Of a DNA stretch of 64,000 bases, positions 11,724 to 22,488 are shown in pieces (position 1 is the stretch's first letter; every line of letters begins with the position of its first letter). The notes under the pieces are model-generated. The model was not told the DNA's origin. It ran no database searches and was given only the letters and a program-made list of their open reading frames with translations. This stretch comes from Selaginella moellendorffii. Its lineage: Eukaryota; Plantae; Lycopodiophyta. Made by a program: the position numbers and the translations under genes. The DNA lies in the NCBI RefSeq assembly GCF_000143415.4, contig NW_003314267.1, positions 3,721,363 through 3,785,362 on the forward strand, in the 5' to 3' direction.

Positions 11724-13040
11724 CTAGGCGAAGTATCCCTGCTTGAATCGCGCGTGCATTTGCCGGAATTTCTCCCACCCATCCGCCACGCTCTCGCAGC
11801 GCTTGTACCTCTCGATCAGCACCTCGCGCAGCACCGGCCCCAGCTTGCATTTCCTCTCCACCACCCATGCATGGACGCTCTTCACCTCCTCAAAGCTCCT
11901 CGCGGCGCTGGCCATGGTGAAGACGGTCTCTTGCGTCGGCCTCGCCTTGCAATCGCCCTTCATCTCCTCGAACAGCGGGAAGATCTTCGCTCGCTGCGTC
12001 CGATCGAACGCGTAGGCCCGGATGAGCGAGCTCCACAGGTACTTCCCTCGCGGCCTCGCCATCTCCTCGAAGACCCTCCTCGCGCGGCTCACTTTCTTAC
12101 ATCGCCCATACATTCGCATCAGCGCTTGCGCCACGCGAGGCTCGCCCGCGAAGCCTCCGATCACCGCCAGCGAATGGATTGCCTCGCCGCGCCACAGATC
12201 GCTCCGCCGATCGCACCGCGATAGCATCCACACGAAATTCCTGGCGATGAAGAGCAGGGATCCATCTAGGAGAAGCAGCCGGGCAAATTGCGCGGCTTCT
12301 TGCATTTTCCCACTCTCGGCAAATGCGGCAATCAGTGCGATCCACGAGCTCGCGTTCCTCTGCCCAGCGCGATTCATCCTCTCGAAGAACTCCAACGCCA
12401 GTTGGGGCGCCTCGCAGCGCCCATACATCGCGATCACCGCATTGCACACGTTAGAATCACCGTCCAGCCCCGCAAGCCCGAGCTTGGCGTGGATGTCTCG
12501 CCCAAACTCCAGGCACCGCGATCCAGCGCAGGCGCCAAGAACAGCGATGTAGCAATCCTCGTCGGGGCGGCACGGGCGGAGCAGCATCTTCCGGAAGAAG
12601 TACCTGGCGTGATCGAGTCGATCGTTCTGGGCGAGCGACGAGATCACGGCGGCCCACAGCGGCGCGGGCTTGGAGAAGAGATTGTCGAAGCAGCGGATCG
12701 CGCGGTGGGGGAATCCACAGCGGCCATACATCCGGATGACATGGGCAGTGATCTTGGACTCGCGCTCCAGCCGGCAGTGGATGAGATGGCGGTGGATCTG
12801 GTTGCCCTCCCTAGCGGCGCCCAGGCGGCCCGCGAGGCCCAGGATGGTGGCGTACTCGTGGGGGTGGAAGGGATCGTCCCGCCCCCTCGATTTCATCCTG
12901 TGGAGCTCCCGGAAGAGCGTCACGCGGTCGCGCTCCTCGCAGGGATGGCGCCGCACACGCGCATTCTCGCGCGCAAAGCGCTCGCGCTCGCGGAGAGCGC
13001 GCACGCGCCTTGCCCGGAGGAATGGCTTCATTCCCGCCAC
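11724..13040 (-). CDS. Divergent PLS-type PPR protein with basic N-terminus, similar in layout to the 10270..11649 gene
   Basis: 438-aa ORF with RMYGRCG, AMYGRCE and RMYGRCKK motifs. Confidence 0.85.
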   Translation of the reverse strand: MAGMKPFLRARRVRALRERERFARENARVRRHPCEERDRVTLFRELHRMKSRGRDDPFHPHEYATILGLAGRLGAAREGNQIHRHLIHCRLERESKITAHVIRMYGRCGFPHRAIRCFDNLFSKPAPLWAAVISSLAQNDRLDHARYFFRKMLLRPCRPDEDCYIAVLGACAGSRCLEFGRDIHAKLGLAGLDGDSNVCNAVIAMYGRCEAPQLALEFFERMNRAGQRNASSWIALIAAFAESGKMQEAAQFARLLLLDGSLLFIARNFVWMLSRCDRRSDLWRGEAIHSLAVIGGFAGEPRVAQALMRMYGRCKKVSRARRVFEEMARPRGKYLWSSLIRAYAFDRTQRAKIFPLFEEMKGDCKARPTQETVFTMASAARSFEEVKSVHAWVVERKCKLGPVLREVLIERYKRCESVADGWEKFRQMHARFKQGYFA

Positions 13041-13139
13041 AAAACATCTGCTCTGACCTAATTCGATTTTAAAAGCACTGGTTTTCTTAGGAAATTTTTT
13101 TCTATGCGATGAAAGCTAGCACAGCCATTCTTGCCTATT

Positions 13140-14550
13140 CCCTACTTCTCCTGGATGGATCTCTGCTCTTCATCGCCAGGAACTTCGTGTGGATGCTATC
13201 AGTGCGGTCGCCGGACGATCCATTCGCCGGCGGCGATCGGGGGCCTCGTAGGCGCAAGCACTGATGAGAATGTACGCGGGATGCAAGAAGGTGAGTCGCG
13301 CGAGGAGGGTCTTCGAGGAGATCGCGAGGCCGCGAGGGAAGTACCTGTGGAGCTCGCTCACCCGGGCCAACGCCTCAACGAGCGAAGATCTATCCTCTCG
13401 TTTATGAATACATGAATAAGCATAACTTCTTTTATCTTCCTTCAAATCCGCCTTTGATCGGCTTTGTTTCTCTGGTTTGCAGCGAATCCAAGGCACCTCA
13501 GCTGGAATAAACGCGTTGAGATTGCTCTTGATTCAGCCAAAGGACCTTCACGAACAGAGACATCAAGTCCGGCGGGAATCTCGAAGCCAAGGTTGCTCAC
13601 TTCGGTCCGGGAAAGGACGCAGTCAAAGGAACACTGGTAAAGCAAAAACTTTCTTCTTTTTCTCTTCATCTTGATTGCTCTCTTCCACGTTCCAGAATAC
13701 TGTTCGAGGAGATGAAGAGCGATTGCAAGGCGAGGCCAACGCAATAGACTATCTTCGCCATGGCCAGTGCTTCGAGGAGGTGAAGAGCGTCCGTGGCCGG
13801 TGCTGCGCGAGCTGCTGATCGTGGCAAAAGTTCTTGAGATTGAGCTAACCAAATCAAGTACACAGGACTAGTCATGATCCCATGTACAATATGAGGAGTC
13901 TGCCGCTATCCGGCAGTTCTTTGAAGCCAAAAGGTCTTGAAGCTCCAACTTTCCTGTGCTATAGCTGAGGGTTCAGATGTATCATTTTCAGGTCAACTCC
14001 GTGCGTGACAAAGGAAAATTATCATGGAATCGGCCTGTAAGGACGTGGATTGTTTTAGCGTCGACAACGCTCTGGTAAGATTTTGTTTAAATCGGCAATA
14101 CTTCCTTAGGTTCATAGACCTTCTTTCTTTACAGATTCTGGCCGACATTTGATTTCTTAATATCCAAAGTCACCTAATATGAGAAAAAGTTAGAGTCTTT
14201 GAATGGGGCAATGTAAGATGTGCTTTCTCTTTCCCATGCTTCCAACTCTTCTACTCCTTAAATGTTTTAACTGCAGTGACGGATGAATTGGAGCAAGACA
14301 GCATCATGTCAGTAGGCTCAATTTTTTCATTATGAATGTGTCTTTCTCCTGAGGTTGCAGGTACCATGTTGCTGAGAAGACAATAATTAGAGCAGTATAT
14401 AGTCGATGCGTTTCCATATGCTCCATCGGTGGCGATTTCCGAGGTATGCTGGAGTGGTTGCTAGCTAGTTTTCAATTTCTTTTTGCAGGTTTTGTAAGAG
14501 AGGAAGAAATGCAAGTGGAGTGGACTCGTCAGAATCGGCTCGATTCTAAC
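13140..14550 (+). pseudogene. Chimeric degenerate inverted duplicate of a PPR segment fused to a UAP segment
   Basis: 13140-13400 and 13700-13820 are reverse-complement copies of PPR 11810-12280. 13825-14550 is a reverse-complement, deletion-rich copy of UAP ~14920-16200, introns included. Confidence 0.8.
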
Positions 14551-14689
14551 TATATCAACAGTTTTTTTTTTTATTGCAAAGTTGAGTTTCTAGATGACAA
14601 AATTTCTGCCCCCATCGCAGAATATCACGAACGCATTATTCACTCCACAAGAAACTGACCTTCGTTTTTTTTTTAAAAAAAAAATTCCT

Positions 14690-16934
14690 CTAGCGTATTT
14701 CACAAGGGACATGAAAGCTCCGTCCATGACATATCTCTTCGAGATTTTCGCCTGCATACGAGATCAAAGGACTGACCTCCACTCCTGCAGGATATTCAAG
14801 TTCAAGAGACAAACTAAATACCAGTTAATCCATCCATACCAGTTAAATGTAATGGCACCGAGTGTAGAATGAAACCTCCCGCTGCTACCACCCAGCGCAT
14901 GTGGAGGCGAAGAAGTAACAATCGAGCCGATTCTGGCGAGTCCACTCCACTCGCATTCTTCACCGGAGCAAACTCTTCCTCTCTTACAACCTGCTAAAAC
15001 AAGAATTTGAAAACTAGCTAGCAACCAATCCAGCATACCTCGAAAATCGCCACCGATGGAGCATATGGAAACGCATCGAATATATACTGCTCTAATTTGA
15101 TGCCTTGGACAGGCCCGTCCGCGGAAGGTATTGTCTTCTCAGCAACATGATATCTGCAACGTCAGGAGTGAGATCCAATCATAAAAGAAGAAACTTGAGT
15201 TCCAGGAGCTACTTACATGCTGTCTTGCTCCAATTCATCCGTCACTGCAGCCAAAAACTCTAAGGAGTACATTTGCATACAAATCTGAAAAAATAGAAGA
15301 GTTGGAAGCATGCGAAAGAAAAAAGCACGTCTTACATTGCTCCATTTAAAGTTCAATCGTCCTGTCTCTTGGTTGACCGAGGAAGCGAGAGCAGGATCCA
15401 GCTCACTGTATTCCAAGACGGCCACAGGTCCGTTCTTTGCACGTCTCACGAAGACTCCAACTCTTTCTTGAGGATACAACTATGAAAACACGCATAGGTG
15501 ACTTTGGAAGAAAGGGGGAAATTTAAAAAATCAAATATATACCTTCTTCACAGCTTTGGCAGCACAGCTGACGTTTCTATCGATGCAGTAGCCTAGAAAG
15601 AGTGGGTCTGCTACCCGAACCTGTAAAGAAAGTCTATGAATCTAACGAAGTTTACTGATTTTTTTTAAACGAAATCGTACCAGAGCATTGTCTACACTGA
15701 AACAATCCACGTAATGAATGCCTCTCTTGGCCATATCTTCCAAATGGCCCGAGGTCTTCAAAGCTGTAAAAGTATACCCATTAACTTCAGTCGGAGTAAG
15801 ATAGAAGTCATAACGCGTACCTGCGTAGACTCCACCATTTCCGTCTGGGGCCCTTGAAATCTGCAATGCCAGCTATGTGATGAAACACTTAGGCTTTCAA
15901 CAGCTTATCAACACCTTACAGGCAGATTCCATGATAATTTTCCCTTCCTTCGTCACGCAAGGAAGCGTCCCTTGTTGAAAGAAGATTACCTGAAATGATA
16001 CACGGTAAGCATCTTCCCTTTAGCACAGGAAAGTCGGATCAAACCTGTTGTGCTTCAAGACCAAAGTACTTTTTGGCTTCAAAGAATTGCCGAGTAGCGG
16101 TGTCTGTAAATGGACTCGTCATAATGTACCATGGGATCATGACTAGCCTTCCTGTGTATTTGATTTGGTTAGCCCAGAAGAACAGTTCTCAAGAACTCTT
16201 GCATACCTGAGCCAGCCCGATTCGAGGCTAGTTTTTGTATTCTCAAAATTCTCTCTGCCTGGAGCTGAAACAGTGACTTTCCCGAAGGCAAACCGATATC
16301 TGTTCGAAGTGGAAATGGAAACTCGTAAGAAAAAGCCAGGGAATCGAGCGATAACTTACTAATGCATCCCTTTGGATCATTACTACCCAAGCGTGTGCCC
16401 TGCAAGAAAATGGCCAAGGTTTCCAGGCAACAAGACAAGGAATTTGAGGATACCTGGCCCCCTGACAATAGCAGCACCGCCAGTTTTCCTTCGGAGATCG
16501 CCTTCAAGCCCAATCCCCACCATCTTTCCCTTTCCTGGGCAGTCCTTTCTTCAATACAAGACACCGACGCTTCTGCTAGCGGCACTGGATTTCTCAGAGA
16601 ATCTCCTGACAAAACAAAGCGTTTAAGCTTGGACCAAAAGCGAGACCGCGAAGAAAAAATTCCTCCTAGATATCTCACCGCGCTGTAGTGTCTTCCTCGC
16701 AATCCGCGAGACGCGAGGAAGATCTACCGCCTGCAAGCAGAGATTTCTCCAGATCAAGCCACAAATTGCCACATTTCCCACCTCCAATTCGCAGATCAGC
16801 TCGTCGCGCTCCACCTCGTTCAGCTCCTTCCAGCGCCCCAGCGTGTGCTCCTGCCCGAAATCCTTGAGCCGCTCCAGGAACGCCTGTGGCGGGAGCATCG
16901 ATTCGCCGCCAGCTTCGAGCAACGCCTCTCCCAT
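14690..16934 (-). CDS. UAP1: UDP-N-acetylglucosamine pyrophosphorylase (GlcNAc-1-P uridylyltransferase), multi-exon
   Basis: Exons give LKDFGQEH, LLLSGGQGTRLGSNDPKG, DIGLPSGKSLFQLQAERI, WYIMTSPFT, APDGNGGVY, SVDNAL, LEYSEL, REEEFAPVKNA and EVSPLISYAGENL...EIR* (stop 14690-14692). Confidence 0.93.
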
Positions 16935-17233
16935 GGCGCCGTGATCTCTAAAACCCTACCGGTCCTCCAAGGCACACCTTATATATGCGAAGAAAAAAAA
17001 ACTACTGGCCCGAGAGAAAGCATATTCAATGGATGCTCTCTTACGACAGTGTTAATGAACGGATCTCACTTTGCTCCACGTACTCCGGATATAGAAAAAT
17101 TCCAAAAACTCTTTGTTCTAACCATGAGCTTCTTCCGTATTGACAAATCATCGAGTTCTTCACGGAATCATCGAGTTCTTCCCAGTTCTTCACGGAAAAA
17201 TCAATGCGAGGAGCTCAGCGTCTTCACTTGCGA

Positions 17234-19145
17234 TTAATCTGGAAGAAGCCAGTCAAAAAATCCCACCTTGGTATACTTCCTTCCTTTTCCATACTCGATC
17301 AAAACGCTCCAGAGTTCCAGCACGCTCCACTTTTGTTCTAAAATCCAGTCGGCTATTCTCTGGAGCTTCGTGGTACGTGGATCTTTGAATGTGTAGTACA
17401 ACAGGAAGGGGCGGCCAGCCTGCAAAGGTTTCTCATCGTCCCAAAGCATGAATTTTTGCGACATAGAGATGCTTACCTCCGAGGCAGCCAGCCACTGGAG
17501 CATGCTCTTAACTTCATGGTCCCCGCCAAAGACCCCACATCCCCAGTTGCCGGTGGCTACTCCACGAGCGCTTTCACTCGAGCCACCGCATTGAATCGAC
17601 TGATGGACGAGAAAGCCACAGTATGCCTTGTTAAGTTCCCTGGTACAGTAAAAAGTTCAAGGAAAAAAAAAAGAAAAGTCACAACGAAAAAGTATCGAAA
17701 ACGAGAGCCTACCGCAGCATTAGCGCAGCGTCGAATTGTGCTTCTCCCGGAAACGGGAGAGCGTCAATGGCCACAATGTGCGTTTCCTTTCGACCCCATG
17801 CATCTCTGGCTTTGTTGTCGAAGAACTTTCCAGCAAAACGAAAGCTCGAGGCATATCTATCGGGAAAATGAAATGGAAAAGAAGTTGGAACGCTTTCGTG
17901 GTAAGATAAACTTGGCGTACCCCTCATATCGATTGTAGCACTGCGTCCCGACTATTTCTATTGCTTCATTGTCTTGCATTGCCGGTAAGAAAAGCCTTCC
18001 AGCGATCAGTTCGGGATTGATTACGCATCTAATCTCCTCCTGTCACAATTGTTCACATAACTTTTAAACGTAGAGAAGTCTACCTGCAAGCATCCGGCGC
18101 CGAGTACACCACCACCTAAGACCCTGTTGGCGAAATCCACCTCCAAAACGGGAGTATCACTACCTTCTATAGTGCCATCTTCCATTACCTGAAAAGAAGA
18201 GAACAAGTTAAGGAACTGACAACGCTTGTGACTAAGACCAGTATTTGACACAGCGGTCTCGAGGAACTGCTCCAGAAAGAGAGAGGATCCTCCATCTCTT
18301 GTTCCAAAGACAACACCTTGCGCTCGTAAGAAATCATTCCTTGCGGTACGCTTTCACAAACAATCTGAAAGTAATGCAACAAGCATATGATCTTGTGCTT
18401 GGCACTCTCTTCTCGATTCTCATCAACCAGTGCCCTGCAAAAAGCAACAGATAAACAGAAAGGAAAAAAAAACAAAGCCCGGTGTAACTTACATGAAGAG
18501 TTTATAGAAGTTTAAGTCGGGAAGATCCAATTTGTTCCTCTCTGCCGAAGGATACAAGCAGAAAAACCCGCACGCTAGAATCGATGCCACAAGCTCCTGG
18601 TGGTGATCTGCTGGCATAAGAGAATGAAGAACTCAAAGAAGAAAATGGATGAAATCTTTTACCTGGCTCAGCAAAACCATGCCACTTTGTCCGGCGGGAA
18701 GAGCACGCAGCTGCAAAAAATCCAGTTGTGATGGAAAGCGATCGCTCACGCTGCCATCAATGTGATCCTTGACAAGCGCCGACAGCCTCAAGGCGAGCTG
18801 AGCCATCGCTGGCAGCAACGAGCCAAAGAATCCGCGACAGAAATCTTCTGGTACGAGCTGGAAGCCAGATTTTTTTGCACAACTGGATCAAGAATTTCGG
18901 CTTACCTCGCGGAAGAACAAGCCCATTCCTTGCACAGCCCTAGCCGGAAGCTTGGCATCTCTCATCCCGCCCCGGTGACGCATCTCCACGATGTAATCCA
19001 GCAGGGCCTCTCCGGACGAGACGCGGCTGATCGCCGGGCCCTGCGCAAGCTCCGAGAGCGCCATAGAAACGCCGATCGGCCATTCCAGGACCTTGGACGC
19101 TTCATCCAGTGTGAGAGGCAACAAAGGCGCCATACCCATAGCCAT
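17234..19145 (-). CDS. PARG: Poly(ADP-ribose) glycohydrolase, plant type, multi-exon
   Basis: Signature LEVDFANRVLGGGVLGAGCLQ|EEIR (GGG-x7-QEE), INPELIAG..F, VATGNWGCGVFGGD..KSMLQWLAAS; N-terminus resembles plant PARG1. Confidence 0.92.
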
Positions 19146-19219
19146 TAGGGCAACACACGTTCAACATTTGTTAATATAGAATATTCCCTAGCAATTTAAA
19201 TTACCTTAGGGCTTGGGCG

Positions 19220-21348
19220 ATGGAGGCAGTGATAGTCGAGCCGCCGCAGGATGCGACTGTACATGCCGTGTGCTTGCCGGAACTGGGGAGAGTGCAGGAG
19301 CGAGTTGTGTTAATTTTCCATGTAGCTTATCCGAGCGTAATAGATATTCACCTCTATTCTGTGCATCTCCAACTTCTCAAGTTACGCCGATCTCGGCTCA
19401 TGGATCACATTCGAGCATCTCTGGAGCTGTCAACGTTCGGTACTCCACGAGCTCTGGAGCTCGCATTCACAAAGTAAGAGTATGTGCATTGTACTTTTTC
19501 CAAAACATCGGTGGTTCGTTTGCAGGATGAATGAAGAGCTGCGGGCTGTGGTAGGAACATCAGATTGCTGGGTATGTGGTGGTGATTACTGCTGTTGCTG
19601 TAAATGTTTGCTTTGGTTCTGGTTATAGGATTGGTGTGCGCAAAACAGGTCCTTGGTGGTGGTGCTTGGAGACGCGCATGTGTATGTGTTTGGCGAGGCC
19701 TTTGCGTCGGTGATGCTGTGCCGAAATGGGAAGGACGAGATGCTGACCCGTCCAAGTTCTCTCTACCGTCTCAAAAATGCTAGCCCCCCGCAAAGTAGCA
19801 GTGAACCTTTTTATTACCACAAGGTACTCACTCTTTTGTTGAAATTTGTTATTCTGGAAGCTTGGTGGACGCAGGAGCGGGTGACTACAGCAGACACCTA
19901 TCTTCTCGTTGCATCGGCGCACCTGGGTTGTCACATGGATGGCGATTATACTAGCGTTTTCACCACTCGGATTGACGCAATGGTGAGTATTTTATACTTT
20001 TGATCCTCAAACGAGCTTGTAATGTGCGAACTAGTACAGGGCCTCGAGGAAGCTTGCCGCCAGATTGCTGCAGGGACCGATGAATGCAGGACGTTCGCAC
20101 TAGTTCCTGTTGGAGAGCTGCTGCGACAGAAAGTGGCCAATGGAGAGGAAGACCCAATCGATTTGAATCCCGAGCCTGTGGACGAATCTGAATCTGAATC
20201 TGAATCTGAATCTGAAGATGAAGATGAGTTCGAAGACGAAACAGCGATGATAGAGTTATATGATGTTACACCCTGTGGTTTCCGCCCCCTAGGTACGTAC
20301 AGGACATCAATTATAGCTATATGACCATATTACTGCTTTCAGTCAATGGGAACGCTCAAGTACCCGAACCCTTTATCTGTTGCAATCCCGGACCTCCTAG
20401 GGACCCCTGCATAAAGGTGATGGACCTCAAGGTAATAATACTTCAAATTTCCCTCTTGTGGTTTTTTTTTCCAGAGTTCTTGGTTTGAGATTTAGTGGCT
20501 TTTGATCAGGAAAAGGACCTCAAGCTTGTTTGTAAAGTCGGCTCTTGCAAGTTTGTGATTAAAAGCGGGGACATAAAAGAGTGGTTTGTGGACGGAAGGA
20601 AGGACGCAATTGTAGTTCCTGTTGGAGGTCAGATACACAGAGGTAACGCAAAGGGGTATTTGGCATTTTGACATGAGCTTTTGTCTTTTCTTTTCTCTTC
20701 AGAAATAGGTTTTGCCACTGGGTCGAGCTTTACTGGCTTGGATATCATGTAAGTGTCTTTCCTTATTTCGTTTTCCACCTTTTAACTGACTCGTTTCTCA
20801 GCCCTTCAGGAGGACTGCCAGCACCTAAAATCATTATTACTAGAGGCCCAAAATACTTCAAAGACATGGAGACGGAAGCTGCCAAGCAACTTGGTCTCAC
20901 TTATGAGTATGTCGGAGTGTGTAGCAAATTTGATACATTGTGCTTTTGCTACTACAGGAACGCTATAACATTTGCTCGCAAGAAAGGCGTGAAGCACATA
21001 GCGCTCCCAGCTATCTCGTGCGGATGTGGCGGGTTTGTTGCTCACACTTTACCTCTTGTATACTGAGTTCGCATTGTGTTTCAGGGTTCCTCTGGATAAA
21101 GCGGCACGGATTGCTGTGGAAAGCGTACAAAAGGCACTCAAAAGTGCTAAAGCGTCCATTGAGGTAAGCTGCCCTGGATTAGACATGCCTTTGTTATTCA
21201 GTGTTCGAAATTGTAGGTTCACTTTGTCATAAAGGACGAACCCGCCTGGAGAGTGTGGGTAGCTGCAACAGACCTCCTTGCATTTTGGAATTATGATCGC
21301 TACCTATCTTATCGGTGCAACAGACCTCCCTATCCAGTCCGTGAATGA
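19220..21348 (+). CDS. Multi-exon protein: uncharacterised N-terminal region, acidic (ES)n tract, C-terminal macrodomain
   Basis: C-terminal exons FVIKSGDIKEWFVDGRKDAIV, GLPAPKIIITRGPKY, ARKKGVKHIALPAISCG, PLDKAARIAV and VHFVI follow the plant MacroD-type pattern. The N-terminal exon structure is uncertain. Confidence 0.7.
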
Positions 21349-21499
21349 GAAGTAGAATAGTTACACCTGGTTTGTTTTGGCTTAAATTGGATTTAATAGA
21401 TAAACTAGTCCAGTAAACTTTGCGCGTGATGATCTCCGGGCTGGGCTCCCGCGACGCGCAGCGCATCTTCTTGTCCGTGGATCTCAAGGGGCCGAGGCC

Positions 21500-22196
21500 G
21501 TGATGGCGGCGATGATCGAGTCATGCTGCGACGCCGCCGGGATCGCGAGCGCCCGCGCGACGGCAGCGCGAGAAGAGCTGGAGGCCAGGTTGAAGGAGAG
21601 GGACGAGGCCAACATCAGAAATTTTCGGTGATCTCTCGCGGTGCTTGCAACCACAGGAGAGTGATGGGGGGCTGAAGGTGGCGAGGGAGATCTCTCACCA
21701 TTCCTACCTCAAGAAGAGGCAAGACAAGAAGCTGGAGGAGCTCAAGGACACACTCATCGACGAGGAGTTGCTGTTCGCGGGAGGTGTTTGATCTGGCCGA
21801 AGATGAAGGACACGAACGACAATCAGGTACCAGATTCTAGAGGCCTACAACGATGAAATCTCCAGAGTCAAGCAGGAGAGGCGGCTCTGGAGCGATACAA
21901 GGACCCGGATCCTGAGGACAAGGCTTGGGAGGACTACCAGAGCGGGAAAGCCAAGCTGAAGTTCGGTGCCACGGACAAGAAGAAGGCGGACGAGTACGAG
22001 TTTGTGAAGTCCAGTTTGTGCAAGCTGATTTCATGTCCAGCGAGAACCAGCCCATGGATGAGAAGGAGAGCAGGAAAGCTGGCACAACTGAAGCACAAGC
22101 ACATTCTCGAAGAGAAAGAAGCTGTCAATCTATCCATACACTGGAGGCTATAGAGCAGTACCAGGTTCTTCTGATAGTGGGAGAAATGGGATCTGC
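21500..22196 (+). pseudogene. Degenerate fragment of a DEAH-box splicing helicase (Prp2/ESP3-like), N-terminal part
   Basis: Broken frames give ELEARLKERDEAN, YLKKRQDKKLEELKD.LIDEELLF, AWEDYQSGKAKLKFG and AIEQYQVLLIVGEMGS (decayed motif I). Confidence 0.7.
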
Positions 22197-22488
22197 TAAT
22201 ACAGAGAACAAGGAACCAAACATTAAAGAATATTCTGTTAAGATTTTAGTGGCAATATTTTTATTAAATAAATATGTTAAACTGTGAGTGCCTGGAATAT
22301 GGAAAGGGAATACAGAAATGTGCATATCAATTAGCCCAAAAACCCTAGTTTATATACAGGAGCGAGTGGTCCGGATTGAAACCAATTCGACGGCTACCAA
22401 AATCCACTACGCTAATATTAGTATACGGCATCGTAGCTGTACACTTGGCCCTCACATCACCCCCTCCTCTCGGAATAATGGAAGGCCG

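Noticed and set aside
11650-11868. N-terminal extension making two PPR genes overlap
   Set aside because: A downstream Met at 11649 after telo-like boxes is a more plausible start; the extension is an alternative frame of the neighbouring gene.
10318-13061. 460-aa, 303-aa and 257-aa overlapping ORFs
   Set aside because: Shadow frames of the GC-rich PPR genes.
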